IMG/VR virus record: IMGVR_UViG_3300032164_000010
Location: 2,861 to 66,860 of that record
Length of the DNA: 64,000 bases
Direction: 5' to 3' (one strand)
Source of the DNA: a virus
A program made the translations under genes and the position numbers. Positions 8,527 to 19,026 of this stretch are shown one piece after another. The notes beneath the pieces are model-generated. The model had not been told where the DNA came from, searched no databases, and worked only from the letters and a program-made list of their open reading frames with translations. Numbering within the stretch: the first letter of the stretch is position 1; every line of letters starts with the position of its first letter.

Positions 8527-9711
8527 ATGCTACGTGTTTCCAACCATGCTCTGAACTCCACGATGCTCGCCCTGAAGGAGTTCCTTCCGAGGGAGAGCAC
8601 CACCAGCCGTATTGTTCGGCTAGAGGGTAAGAACGGCATGCTCTTAGTCGAAGCTGATCGCGATCACGCAGTCATCGCCGTGAGTTTTCCCGCTGAGGGG
8701 GAGCTGGACGAGGCCGAGGTGGAGTTCTTGGAGCTGGCCCAGCTCGTTAGGGGGACGAGAAAGAAGCCCATCGAGCTCACGAACAACAACACCGAGGGGC
8801 AGAACTGGATCTACTTCTCGTCGGGGAAGGTGACCGGCAACCTCAAGAGCTCGACCGGTGAGGTTTCTTCGCCTAAGAAGCCGCGAAGCGCCTTTGTCGA
8901 GCAGGTCTACGAGGGAAAGTCACTGACCGAGGTTCTGTCCTTCCTCTACGACGCGCACGCCACAGAGGACAGACACGGTATTTTCGGTCTGCTCTTCGTT
9001 GATGACAAGCTCATCATGACCGACGGGAGCCGAGCGCACATCCAGTCGGGCTTTCCTCCCTTCCCGCGGCACTTTCTGCTCCCGATGTACCCTGCCGCGG
9101 CGCTCAAGACCTTCACGGAACAGGTTCCTGTGACTTCTGTGACGATCAGGCACTACGAGAACATGTACATCAAGGAACGCGGGTCGACGGCGCCCCATGG
9201 TGTCTTGGTATTGGTCAAGGGTGACAACGGGGAGACCATGAAAATCACCTCCCCGGCGCCCAACGCACACGAGAACATCGAGGCGGCCATGCCCATGGTC
9301 ACCCAAGAAGCTATCGGAGTGGTGCTTTCGATAGACGAAATGTTGTCGGTGCTACAAGAGGTGCAGAAGAGGGGCATAGATGACATCCGGTTCCGGTTTG
9401 GCAACGGTCTTTCATACGGTGCTGAGCATTAGAAGGACGAGTCCAACGTCATCTCCGGTGTTCTGTCCGCGATGCGCTCCTTGGGGGTGATGGAGGGAGA
9501 GAGGTCCTATGCTCCCCGCTACCTGATGGAAGCGGCCCGCGGCATGCGGGTGGTTGTGGGCATGGACTCGAACAAGAACTCGGTCCTGGGTGGCCAAGTG
9601 CAGCTTATTCTACTGGATCCGATACCTGCCCGGGAGCTGAAGCCCCTCATCGTGAACGGTCACGTGCCTGACAGGTTCGCAGTGGTCATGCCGAAAACCG
9701 AGGAGGACTGA
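8527..9711 (+). CDS. DNA polymerase III beta-like sliding clamp, interrupted by an in-frame TAG (9430-9432)
   Basis: Clamp-like motifs (EDRHGIFGLLF..MTDGSRA; YAPRYLMEA; terminal VVMPK); ORFs 8527-9432 and 9472-9711 share a frame, about 394 aa in total. Confidence 0.6.
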
Positions 9712-9713
9712 AG

Positions 9714-10439
9714 ATGTCTCGGTTTCCCAAGCACCACGACCGAGGGATGCATCGCTCGGCCAATGAAGCCATCGACCAGATCGAGAAGGAGATACGCAAC
9801 GTCATCCAGCCACAGCTCCTCACTGTCTTGCATGGCTGTGAGAAGGAAAAGAACCTGAAGTCGCCCTGCAAAGAGTGCAGACGGCCAGCGTGTTGCTACC
9901 TGCACACCTTCGTGACCATCTACGAGACCTTGCCACTAGTACGGCATCTTCGGATGACCCACAAGGCGACCAAGCCCTTCATCTCCAAGCTCCGAGCCGA
10001 GGGAGAGTGGATGGAAGGAGCTGGGAGGGCTGACTGGTTCGACAAGGTTCGGCGGCCATGCTTGTTCTTGAACAGCGAGAAGCGCTGTGACATCTACGAG
10101 CACCGTCCTCTCGTCTGCCGGCAGTATTGGGTTTTCACCCCCGTCGAGAACTGCCAGTACGGGGCTGAGGACGACAACATCTGCTCCCCCGACACCAAGG
10201 AAGTGCAGGAGTTCGTCATCGGAAGGAGCGCTGACCTCTTGAAGGGCATGGGTCTGCTGGGTGATGGCCGGGTCTACATCGGCACATTTCCCAGGATCTT
10301 GGCCATCCTGCTCGAAGCCTTCTCCATGCCGACCGGAGATCAGCAGGCCTACATCAAGAGCCAGCCGTACCCGTTGGCGAAGGACTACGAAGAGTGGAGG
10401 AACGGGGCGAACCCTTTCAAGAAGAGCCAGCCTGTCTAA
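9714..10439 (+). CDS. YkgJ/FliB-family cysteine-cluster protein
   Basis: CKECRRPACC ... CLFL...CDIYEHRPLVCR. Confidence 0.85.
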   Translation: MSRFPKHHDRGMHRSANEAIDQIEKEIRNVIQPQLLTVLHGCEKEKNLKSPCKECRRPACCYLHTFVTIYETLPLVRHLRMTHKATKPFISKLRAEGEWMEGAGRADWFDKVRRPCLFLNSEKRCDIYEHRPLVCRQYWVFTPVENCQYGAEDDNICSPDTKEVQEFVIGRSADLLKGMGLLGDGRVYIGTFPRILAILLEAFSMPTGDQQAYIKSQPYPLAKDYEEWRNGANPFKKSQPV

Positions 10440-10462
10440 GGCATAAGAAAGGTGGAGGCCGG

Positions 10463-10831
10463 ATGGTACGTAAAGCGGTTACCGTCGAGCTCTGCCTGTC
10501 CGACTTCTTCAGGCTGAGCTTCAAGGACGCATTTTCCTGCACACTCGCATGGCTGTGGAAAGATAGAGCCATCGAGATCGTCAACGACGCCCTGGAAAGA
10601 GAAGACTTACCCTTCCGGGCTGTCCCAGTGGAGGACAACCCTTATCAGCTCAAGTTCCTCAACATCTTGGACGGTACGTGGGCAGACATCTCTGCGTCCC
10701 CAGGCCACGTCTTCTTCGAATGTGCCGAGGTGGAGGAGCTGCTCGAGCGCGAGATCATAGCCAGGCTCCAAGAAGCGTACACTGCCGCTCACATCCAGTT
10801 CGAGTGTGAGGTAGAAGAGGGAGAGCCATGA
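10463..10831 (+). CDS. hypothetical protein
   Basis: GGAGG RBS; directly after GGCATAAG (10440-10447). Confidence 0.7.
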   Translation: MVRKAVTVELCLSDFFRLSFKDAFSCTLAWLWKDRAIEIVNDALEREDLPFRAVPVEDNPYQLKFLNILDGTWADISASPGHVFFECAEVEELLEREIIARLQEAYTAAHIQFECEVEEGEP

Positions 10832-11376
10832 CAGAGACCGACGCCTACGAGGAGTTCAAGAAGATAGCGTTGGGCCCGGTGCACGAAGGAGACTTCGGAC
10901 GTGCTTTGCACAACGCTGCCACCGGACTCGTGATGCCCTACGACCGCGCTGTTCCCTTGGCGTTGGAGCAGATGAAGGAGTGGTATCAAGCCGGCGACGA
11001 CTTCATGGTACTGCTCCAGTGGGAAGACCTGGCGAAGTTCGTTTCAGCGCGTCAGCCGGCAGCGGTCTGGTGTGTCTTCTTGCGCAAGGCCCATCGAGAC
11101 GCAGAGCAGGTGACCGTAGTAAGCATCAAGATACAATCCACGGGAGAGTTGGTGAGCGACTCCCCTGTCCAGTACTTCTGGTTCGAGGCTCAGACAGGTA
11201 TCCTGCGGGACAAGCCGCCGGCTGTCTCGAACTATCACCAGTACAAGTTCCACAAGCGCTACCTGGCCAAGGTGCAACTCGTCCTCAACAAGTCCGATGG
11301 TGTGGGCATCTACCAGAAAGAGGACCTTGACTGGCTCTGGGAGAACCAGGAGCTGGAGACCAAGGCAGTCCCATGA
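10828..11376 (+). CDS. hypothetical protein
   Basis: 182-aa ORF, ATGA coupling. Confidence 0.75.
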   Translation: MTETDAYEEFKKIALGPVHEGDFGRALHNAATGLVMPYDRAVPLALEQMKEWYQAGDDFMVLLQWEDLAKFVSARQPAAVWCVFLRKAHRDAEQVTVVSIKIQSTGELVSDSPVQYFWFEAQTGILRDKPPAVSNYHQYKFHKRYLAKVQLVLNKSDGVGIYQKEDLDWLWENQELETKAVP

Positions 11377-11759
11377 GCAACAAGGACAACGCCCGACGAG
11401 GGGAAAAGAAGCGCACCGAGCACGGTCCTCGGTTCGAGACGCATGAGTGCGATGCCCCTTCTGTCGCCCACGCTCGCAAGAGCTGGAAGGCGTACAAGAA
11501 CCGCACCGAGCGGCGCACCGGCAAGGTGGGACCGAAGTATCACCCCATGAAGCCGGGTGGGGGCATGAACCGTATGCGGCCGAAGGATGACAGTGAGCTC
11601 TGCGTGTACTGCGGAGGACACGCGCAGGGTAACTACACCATCCACCGCGACGGCTTTGGGATCGGTCCCGAAGTGCCCCTCTGCGATGCCTGTGGGGGCG
11701 AGCCAACTCCCACCCTCACGGCCATTTGGGCTCGCATCAGAGAAAGAAGGAAGTCATGA
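11373..11759 (+). CDS. basic protein with CxxC...CxxC Zn finger
   Basis: CVYC...CDAC; ATGA coupling. Confidence 0.7.
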   Translation: MSNKDNARRGEKKRTEHGPRFETHECDAPSVAHARKSWKAYKNRTERRTGKVGPKYHPMKPGGGMNRMRPKDDSELCVYCGGHAQGNYTIHRDGFGIGPEVPLCDACGGEPTPTLTAIWARIRERRKS

Positions 11760-12163
11760 ACGTCTTCGTGCACGTCGACCCCACGGGTCAAGATTCGCCG
11801 TGGGTGGGCTGCGAGTCCTGTGCGCAACAAATCAACATGCCCACCACAGCCATGCCCATCGAGCAGGTCATCAAGGACTACTACGTCGAAGACGTGGGCG
11901 CCGTCTCCTGTGATGGCTGCAACAAGGTCTTGTGGGAGAAGGTCCCGGCAGTGCCCGCGGACACCTCCCTGATGGATAACATGAACTCCCTCATCAGCGC
12001 CGTGAAGCAACTGCGACAGCTCGCCAACTCTGCCGCAGAAGAGGTGCACGGAGATGAGGCAAGGATCTTCGAGGCTGTGACCCTGGCCAGGCAGGTGGAA
12101 TACCTGGACCGCGCAGAGGCTCTGCTGGTGCTCGTGGCCAAGGGCTTTGCTTCCCTCATGTAG
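11756..12163 (+). CDS. Zn-finger hypothetical protein
   Basis: CESC...CDGC; ATGA coupling. Confidence 0.7.
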   Translation: MNVFVHVDPTGQDSPWVGCESCAQQINMPTTAMPIEQVIKDYYVEDVGAVSCDGCNKVLWEKVPAVPADTSLMDNMNSLISAVKQLRQLANSAAEEVHGDEARIFEAVTLARQVEYLDRAEALLVLVAKGFASLM

Positions 12164-12169
12164 AAGGAG

Positions 12170-12547
12170 ATGACAATGGCGAACAGGATCGAGCGCAGGA
12201 ACAGCCGCCAGGTGGTGGCTTACAAGGCCATGGAGAAGGAGGTCAACGACAACAAGGTCACCATCAAGAGCCTCAAGGCCGATGTCGTCGAGCGCGACTC
12301 CAAGGTGGCGGAGCTCGAGAAGAAGTCCGCCGACCTCACCGTCGTCATGGAGACGCTCCAGGGGAAGATCACGGAGCTCGAGGAGACCGGCACCAAGCTC
12401 TCCGAGGAGCTCGAGCGGACCAAGGAGCACAGCGTGTCGCTGGCGAAGTCCGTCCTCGCCCTCTCTCAGCCGGCGCAGGCGGCCGAGGAGCAGGGGAAGA
12501 AGGAGATCAAGGCCGAGGAGGAGGATCCGCTCACCCTCACGGCGTAG
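12170..12547 (+). CDS. coiled-coil protein
   Basis: AAGGAG RBS, heptad-rich, strongly biased codons. Confidence 0.8.
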   Translation: MTMANRIERRNSRQVVAYKAMEKEVNDNKVTIKSLKADVVERDSKVAELEKKSADLTVVMETLQGKITELEETGTKLSEELERTKEHSVSLAKSVLALSQPAQAAEEQGKKEIKAEEEDPLTLTA

Positions 12548-12571
12548 GAGTAGGTGTAACGACTTGAAGGG

Positions 12572-12602
12572 CGAGGAGGGGAAACCCTCCTCGTTTCTTA
12601 GC
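12572..12602 (+). terminator. hairpin + TTTCTTAGC end motif
   Basis: CGAGGAGGG-GAAA-CCCTCCTCG then TTTCTTAGC. Confidence 0.85.
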
Positions 12603-13213
12603 TACCAGCCGAAGAGTTTCTTGATGAACTCCACGAAGCCTACACTGCTGCCTGCCGCCACTAAGGTACCGCCCACCCATTTGGCTACCGTGATGACCTT
12701 CGGGGTGATGGTGAAGTGGACGTTGCCGTCCTTCTTCAGTTGAAGACCCGCAGTGACGTCTGTCTCGACTACAGGGGCTCCGTCGGGTGGAGGAAGCAGG
12801 GCGGGGTTGAGGATAGGCACTCCCTGCCCCGGCGTCGTGGTCTGCTGGATGATCTGGATGCCGTGTTGCGGTGTCTGAGCCTCGGACTGTCGGTACTGCC
12901 TGATGGTCCATAGCGCCTGGCGCATGTCATCCAGGTTGCGCCGCACCATGTCCAGTACGTCGTCGACCTTCTTCTCGACCTGGCGGTTGAGCTTGTTGCT
13001 GATCTCTCCAGGGAGAGTAGCTAGAGAGATCTCGTTCTTGGTGATGAGGTCCCGGATCTTGTCGAGCTCGTGGTCCCTCGCCCTACCCTCTTCCTCCATC
13101 ACCCGACGCAGGTCCTGATGCATCGTGTCCAGGCTCTGCATGATCGTCCGGAGGACGTACATCACTTCGAGCAGTGGCTCCTGCTGGCGCTCCGGAGGCG
13201 TGGGCATGGGCAT
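12602..13213 (-). CDS. coiled-coil protein with C-terminal hydrophobic helix (possible membrane/lysis protein)
   Basis: Helical N-terminal part; VITVAKWVGGTLVAAGSSVGFVEF at the C-terminus; last gene of the structural block. Confidence 0.6.
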   Translation of the reverse strand: MPMPTPPERQQEPLLEVMYVLRTIMQSLDTMHQDLRRVMEEEGRARDHELDKIRDLITKNEISLATLPGEISNKLNRQVEKKVDDVLDMVRRNLDDMRQALWTIRQYRQSEAQTPQHGIQIIQQTTTPGQGVPILNPALLPPPDGAPVVETDVTAGLQLKKDGNVHFTITPKVITVAKWVGGTLVAAGSSVGFVEFIKKLFGW

Positions 13214-13402
13214 GATGGCTTCCTGCTCGTTCCGTGACCTTCCGCTTGAACTCATCGGCAAAGGTCACTAGTTCGGACGCTGCTTCCTGGAGTTTGGTGC
13301 CCATTTTCAGCTCCTCTCCACGGAAAGAGGGAGCCCGGCCGGGAGGGCTGGCCCCGGCCGGGCGCCGAGATTCCCATGCCCGGGAGGCCCTGGGCACAGA
13401 AA

Positions 13403-14527
13403 TCATCCACGGAGGTGTGCACGGGCCATCGCCCTTGCCGCAGCCGCCACCTTCTGCACCGCCGCCTGCTCCGGCGGCTGCATCTTCGGCTGAGGCGCCA
13501 TCGCGCCCATGCCACCGCCACCTGCTGCGGCAGCGCCACCTGCGCCGCCAGGCTGTCCCATCTGCCCACCGCCGAACCGGGCGCCCATCTGAGCTACCTG
13601 CTGCTCGGCCTGCATCGTCTGCTGGTCGGCCATCTGCTTGATGGCCCCGTCGATGACCTTCCCGTCAGCCTTCTGCTGCTGCTGGATGAACTTGTTGATC
13701 TGCTTCGGGTCGGTGACGGGGATGCCGACCGTCTGCTCCAGCTCCTGGAGCTTCTGCGCGTACCGCTGCACGGCTTCGCCCGGGAGCTGCGGCATCATCT
13801 GCTGGATGCGCTCTTCCGGGGAAGGGGGAGGTGGAGGGGGCTCCTGAGCGCCCATGCCACCGGGAGGAAGCCCTCCGCCCATTTCAGCGTGCTGAGCCTG
13901 CTGAGCCTGCTGGAGCAGCTCATCGAGGTTGCCCTCGGCGCTGGGAGGGATCTGGGGCGGAGCTGTGGGAGAAGGAGCCTCCATGGCCGCCTGGCGAGGA
14001 TCCTGCCCCATCTGCTGCACCTGGGCGCCCGGCTGAGGCGGAGACTGCATCATCGCCCCTGCCTGCTCATCCAGCTTGGGCTGAGGTGGCTGTGGTGTCT
14101 GGGACTGCATCGCCGGCTGGATGCCGCCCATCTGGCCCTCACGGTCCATCGACGGACCTTCGGACGGACCACCCTCCATACCCAGGAAGGCCAGCTTCTC
14201 GATGTCGGGCTCGAAGGATCTCCCCTGGAGATGACGAAGGATGACCTCGTCCTGGTCGAGGCCATGCCTCGATGCCAGCTTCTCCAGTGCTCCTTGCGGA
14301 GCTCCTGCGGCCGCGGACAGGATGGCACGCTCGAGAGGAAGCATGGGGCGTCCCGTGGCCCTCTTCTCCAGCAGGTAGTTGTCGAGGACGGTGAAGTACC
14401 TTGCCTCCATCAGAGCGAGGCTGGGGTCCATCCCCATGAAAGCTGCGGCCTTGTAGAGCGCGGACTCGTGGACGGGTTCACCGTCACGCCACCGCGCAAA
14501 GACCGCTCCAGCGAGCTCGCGATCCAT
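13403..14527 (-). CDS. Q/P/G-rich putative virion (head) protein with K-x-A sites
   Basis: GGAGG RBS; EKRA, EKLA x2, QKVA; low-complexity Q/P/G tracts. Confidence 0.7.
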   Translation of the reverse strand: MDRELAGAVFARWRDGEPVHESALYKAAAFMGMDPSLALMEARYFTVLDNYLLEKRATGRPMLPLERAILSAAAGAPQGALEKLASRHGLDQDEVILRHLQGRSFEPDIEKLAFLGMEGGPSEGPSMDREGQMGGIQPAMQSQTPQPPQPKLDEQAGAMMQSPPQPGAQVQQMGQDPRQAAMEAPSPTAPPQIPPSAEGNLDELLQQAQQAQHAEMGGGLPPGGMGAQEPPPPPPSPEERIQQMMPQLPGEAVQRYAQKLQELEQTVGIPVTDPKQINKFIQQQQKADGKVIDGAIKQMADQQTMQAEQQVAQMGARFGGGQMGQPGGAGGAAAAGGGGMGAMAPQPKMQPPEQAAVQKVAAAARAMARAHLRG

Positions 14528-14540
14528 GAATGCCTCCCGT

Positions 14541-15278
14541 CTAGTAGCCAGTGGATGCGTTGAACTCTGGGCTGACGAGAGCCAGAGATGCAACTGCCAC
14601 CGGCACAGCCCTCTCGAACTGAACCGCGGCCTGCTCCTGGATGACGGTACCGCCTGCATCTGTCGCGATCGTGTGCGAGGGGACGTAGCAGGCCTCGAGG
14701 TAGGCCGCTCCGACCGTCGCCTCGTTCGAGTCGCGGAAGTAGAGCAGGAGACCGACCGGCTGAGAGAACAGGTCGGACGCCAGGTTGATGAAGAGGTTCT
14801 CGTACCCAGGCGGGATCTTGACGTTGTGCTCGTTCGCCATGTTCTCGACCCCGGGGTTCGGGAACACGAACGGAACGATCGTCGGCGACACCAGGTCCTG
14901 GTAGTAGGCGTAGAGCATGCGGAGCAGGCTCGGCCCGTGGTACATGATGCGGCCCAGAGACATCTGGCCCATCGTGCGCCCCGAGACGAAGTAGCTTCGC
15001 TCGCTGCCTAGCTCCCAGAACCGAGCGAAGGCCCGGTTGTGCGAGATGTTGATGTTCTGGACGATGCCGATCGGCAATGCCCAGTCCTTCACCGTGCCCC
15101 CACTACCGGAGAGCGAGCTCGCAGCGGCTGCTTCCGCTTGAGCGGCGCTCCCGACGATGTTGGCCAGGCGCGGAGGACCGGCAGCGATCATGGTGAAGGC
15201 GGCCGACAGGAACTTGCCGTCCACCATGCCGCCCTGCACGTAGCGGCTGTATGGTTCCCACTCGGAGAGTCTGCCCAT
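14541..15278 (-). CDS. tail tube protein
   Basis: Directly downstream of the sheath; PIGIVQNINISHNRAFARFWELGS resembles myophage tube proteins. Confidence 0.75.
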   Translation of the reverse strand: MGRLSEWEPYSRYVQGGMVDGKFLSAAFTMIAAGPPRLANIVGSAAQAEAAAASSLSGSGGTVKDWALPIGIVQNINISHNRAFARFWELGSERSYFVSGRTMGQMSLGRIMYHGPSLLRMLYAYYQDLVSPTIVPFVFPNPGVENMANEHNVKIPPGYENLFINLASDLFSQPVGLLLYFRDSNEATVGAAYLEACYVPSHTIATDAGGTVIQEQAAVQFERAVPVAVASLALVSPEFNASTGY

Positions 15279-15314
15279 CGTTGTTCTCCTCTAGTACGCC
15301 TGCCTGCCCTACAA

Positions 15315-18300
15315 CTAGATGACCAGCGTGAGCCGGATGTAGTTGCAGGGGTAGGGCACGTCCAGGGTGACGTCGACCAGCACGGTGTCAGGCTGCTTCG
15401 TGTCCTGGATGATGTTGTTGAGGTCCCCGCTGATGATGATGCGGTTGTTCTCGAGGAACGAGAGCATGCCCTCGATGACCGTCGAGATGGTGTCCAGGAG
15501 CGGCTGGGTGATGTTGAACCGCCCGATGAACTGGCGGAGCCCCACCCGCAGGAACTTGGCGACGTAGTCGACCACCTTGGTGATCGAGAACTCGCGGGTT
15601 TCGATGGAGGTGAGGTTGGTCGTGAGCTGGTGCCGGCAGGTGAGCGGGGCTCCCTGCGCCTCCTGGATGAGGATGAAGGCACCACCCGCGGCCATGACGT
15701 CGAGCTGCTTCTCCGAGAAGTAGCCCTTCGCCTTGACGTTGCTGCCGATGCCGGTGAACCCGGCGATGGGCATGTTGGTGAAGCTCTGCTGCGGGGGCTG
15801 CGAAGCCGTGAGGCCCGCGTAGGCCGCGCAGAGGTAGTAGGCCGGCAGGATCTCCTCTGCCCCACCCACGGAGGACCGAACTTCGGCCGCCGCGGCGTTG
15901 GGGACGAAGTACAGGAAGCGGCGGTTGCCGTAGACCTGGGCCTTCTTCTGGATGGTCTCCGCGATCTTGTCCTTGTCCGGCAGGGTCGAGCCCGCGATGA
16001 CGAGGACCGTGCCGCGGATCTTCATCGACCAGTCAGCGTTGACGATGGCTTCCGTCAGCGGAGTCGTGGTGAAGAAGTCGTCATCGTTCTCACCCGTCGC
16101 GAAGGTGGTGCGGAACGTGGTGAGGACACCGTTCGACACTTCCACGGAGTAGCGACGAAGCTCACCACCCACCTGGAGCTCGACGAACACGTTGTCAGTC
16201 GCCGGGATGACATCGTTCGGGTCGATGCCGGCCGCCAGCAGCGCAGAGGTCGGGTTCGAGTCGAGGATGAGCTCGTTCGTGGTGGCCGTGGAAGAGGCCG
16301 AGAGGCCAGAGGCCACCACGGCATCGATGGACCGAGTCGGGATCTCCGGGCAGAAGAGCGTCACACGCTCGCCCTTCTGGGTCGGGCCGCTCATCGTGGT
16401 CGCGTGGGCGTCGAACATCTGCGCCACGGTCTCATCGTGCGTGAGCGGAGCGATGGCGTAGACCTCCTGCGACTCGATGAAGTTGGCGACCTTGGTGTAG
16501 GCCACCAGCGTGCCCTCGGGGGCCGCCGCAGAGATCTCATCCACGCCGAGACCGGCACAGAGCAGGTTCGGGGCGTTGACCAGCTCGAAGAACATGCCCA
16601 GGCCGAGCGGGTTCTGGCTGGTGAGCGGGCCCAGAACCGTCTCGAGGGTGGTGACGTCGGAGACCGTGATCATCCCCGGCTCCACAGCCGAGGGAGACAC
16701 GTCGAGGCGCAGACCGCGGTACTGGAGGTAGATGTCCGCGGTTCCTGGGTCGTGGGGTGCGCCAGTCGCCTGGTTGCGCAGGATCTCGCCACCCAGGACG
16801 GCGTTGCCGGAGACATCCACATGGAAGTCCGGGTTCGGGCGGCCGCTGCCGACTGCCAGGCGGTTCAGGGAACCGAAGCCCAGGGCGTTGTTGGCCTTGT
16901 TGCTCAGGCTGCCCGCCCCGTCATCCAGGACCTGGACCTTGGATGCGAAGCCAGCCAGCGAGCTGGTGAGAACGAGCTGGTCTTCGTTGTTTCCACCGAT
17001 GGACGCCACAGGCCACTCGACCAGGGCGTTGACGGCTGCCACCGCCTCCGGCAGAGAATTGCTGATGAAGGTCGTCTCGTAGACCTTGGGGCGGTCGTTC
17101 ATCTTGAAGCGGAGCTTCTTGCCGGCGAGCTGGTCTTCGCCTTGGTCGAGCTGTCCCAGGGTGAACTGGAGCTGAACGGCGGCGGTGTTGCCCGTCAGCT
17201 TCACGCGCAGGACGGCATTCTCTCCCTTGGTTCCCACGCTCTGGATGGCGAGCTTGCCCGCCTCGGACACAGCCACGATCTCGCCGGTGCCCGTACCCTT
17301 GAAGGCCCCGTCCCCGTTGAGGGCTGCGAGCAGTGCTGTCATGTCGGCCGGGTCGTCATCGAACGTGTGGTCACGGGAAGAGAAGCCGCCCGTGAGGCCC
17401 GTGAGAGAAACCTCGACGATGAAGTGCTTGGTGTCGAGTCCAGCGAGGGTCGGAGCAGCAGACCCTACGATCTTGGCTGCGACGTTGATGAACTCGATGT
17501 CCTTGCCGGTATCGCTCTGGTCGCCAGACGCGAATCCCAGGGCAGTCAGAGCCGACGATGTGCCCTTCAGGAGGATGGTCTGCTGAGCCCCTGAGAGGGT
17601 GGTCGAGAGACGGAGCTTCCCAGACTCGTTGGTGGCGATGACGTCATCGAAGTCGATGGCGGCGACGACATCATCCATGTCCGCGAAGGTGCCGGTGAAG
17701 GAGACCGTCTGCTCATCACCCTCGACCCCATCCTTGGTCACGACGACCTTCAGGTTGAGACCGGTGAGCAGGAAGGTCGAGGGGGCGCTGGTGCCCTCCA
17801 CGAACGCCTGTTCGGCCAGATCGCCTTGCGTTGAGCCGACTAGCTCTGCCTGGGTCGCCACGGTGGTGACCGAGAGGTTCTTGGCTCGGAACCAGGCGTA
17901 CCGGGGAGAGAAGGGGGCGGACGAGTAGAGCGTGTTCACCTGCGTGGGGTCATAGACCGCAGAGGTGAGCTTGCCATCCTCGTTGTAGGTGGAGAGCTGC
18001 TGATTCACGGTGCCCAGCTTGAAGCGCAGCACCTCCACCTTCATGATGCGCGAGCTGTTGGGGGGCATGCCATCGGCGTAGAACACGTCGCCAATCCGCA
18101 GGTCGATGGAGCCAGCCCCGGAGAAGGAGAGCGTCCCGCCCGAAGAGGTGGCTGCGAACCCGGTCGCGGTGGTGAGGCCGCTGGACATGGCCGAGGCGCC
18201 GCCAACCTCGAAGGTGGCTGACACACCGTCTTCGTAGTAGGCCCCAGCGAACCACTCGACCCAGGGAGACAGAGTGGTGTTGTTCGCCTGGTCCTGTGCG

Positions 18301-19013
18301 CGGAAGCCTGCTCCCTCGACACGCAGCTCGAGAGCAGCCTTGCCCGAACCGAAGAGAGCCGAGTTGGCCGTTCCGCCACCCCGGACAGTGATGGAGCTCC
18401 GGGCACCCCAGGCCGCGGAGGTGATGTCGACCATCTCGTTGCTGCCGTCGTACTCGACGACCGTGGCGACATCCGCACCCACCGCGGCGTTGATCTGGTC
18501 CGCGATCTCGGTGGGGGTGAGTGGGTCTCCAGTGGCCGACGCGAAGGTGACGACCACGTCCTCGGTGACATTCAGCCGAGAGGCCACGTTGACCGCCAGG
18601 ACGAGAACCATCTCATCCAGCACCACACCGGTCTTGAGCAGCGGCTTGGTCCTGATGGTGGCCTTGCCAGCGTAGTTCCACGCCGTGAGGAAGCCGTCAC
18701 CCGGGTCGCGCTCCAGCTCGGTGAGTGCGCCACCGAAGAGGAAGAACGACCGGATCGTCTCCTCTTCGACGTTCACCTCATCGATGTTCCCGCGAGGCGA
18801 CGGGAAGTCCGTCTGCGGGATCACCTGGGGGAGCTGGGTGTAGCTACCCTGCTTGGCGTCCGGGTTCAGGGTGCCATCGGAGGTTGTGACCTCGATGACC
18901 TCCTTCGCAGGACCACACACAAAGGGGACCAGGGTAGGACGGACGATGGTGGGCGTAGCCGTCCGGAACTCCTGGATGACCTCAACGCCTGGACGAGGAA
19001 GTTCGGTGGCCAT
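15315..19013 (-). CDS. contractile tail sheath protein
   Basis: N-terminal RPGVEVIQE; C-terminal REFSITKVVDYV...FIG...VPYPCNYIRLTLVI; 1232 aa. Confidence 0.9.
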   Translation of the reverse strand: MATELPRPGVEVIQEFRTATPTIVRPTLVPFVCGPAKEVIEVTTSDGTLNPDAKQGSYTQLPQVIPQTDFPSPRGNIDEVNVEEETIRSFFLFGGALTELERDPGDGFLTAWNYAGKATIRTKPLLKTGVVLDEMVLVLAVNVASRLNVTEDVVVTFASATGDPLTPTEIADQINAAVGADVATVVEYDGSNEMVDITSAAWGARSSITVRGGGTANSALFGSGKAALELRVEGAGFRAQDQANNTTLSPWVEWFAGAYYEDGVSATFEVGGASAMSSGLTTATGFAATSSGGTLSFSGAGSIDLRIGDVFYADGMPPNSSRIMKVEVLRFKLGTVNQQLSTYNEDGKLTSAVYDPTQVNTLYSSAPFSPRYAWFRAKNLSVTTVATQAELVGSTQGDLAEQAFVEGTSAPSTFLLTGLNLKVVVTKDGVEGDEQTVSFTGTFADMDDVVAAIDFDDVIATNESGKLRLSTTLSGAQQTILLKGTSSALTALGFASGDQSDTGKDIEFINVAAKIVGSAAPTLAGLDTKHFIVEVSLTGLTGGFSSRDHTFDDDPADMTALLAALNGDGAFKGTGTGEIVAVSEAGKLAIQSVGTKGENAVLRVKLTGNTAAVQLQFTLGQLDQGEDQLAGKKLRFKMNDRPKVYETTFISNSLPEAVAAVNALVEWPVASIGGNNEDQLVLTSSLAGFASKVQVLDDGAGSLSNKANNALGFGSLNRLAVGSGRPNPDFHVDVSGNAVLGGEILRNQATGAPHDPGTADIYLQYRGLRLDVSPSAVEPGMITVSDVTTLETVLGPLTSQNPLGLGMFFELVNAPNLLCAGLGVDEISAAAPEGTLVAYTKVANFIESQEVYAIAPLTHDETVAQMFDAHATTMSGPTQKGERVTLFCPEIPTRSIDAVVASGLSASSTATTNELILDSNPTSALLAAGIDPNDVIPATDNVFVELQVGGELRRYSVEVSNGVLTTFRTTFATGENDDDFFTTTPLTEAIVNADWSMKIRGTVLVIAGSTLPDKDKIAETIQKKAQVYGNRRFLYFVPNAAAAEVRSSVGGAEEILPAYYLCAAYAGLTASQPPQQSFTNMPIAGFTGIGSNVKAKGYFSEKQLDVMAAGGAFILIQEAQGAPLTCRHQLTTNLTSIETREFSITKVVDYVAKFLRVGLRQFIGRFNITQPLLDTISTVIEGMLSFLENNRIIISGDLNNIIQDTKQPDTVLVDVTLDVPYPCNYIRLTLVI

Positions 19014-19026
19014 GTAGCGTTCTCCT

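Noticed and set aside
13083-13406. 107-aa minus-strand ORF
   Set aside because: Overlaps the better-supported 12602-13213 gene and a GC hairpin (about 13335-13362); coding status unsupported
15039-17594. 851-aa plus-strand ORF (also 24801-26504, 28875-30455, 13376-14563, 47295-48401)
   Set aside because: Antisense shadows of strongly codon-biased GC-rich genes; no motifs or RBS
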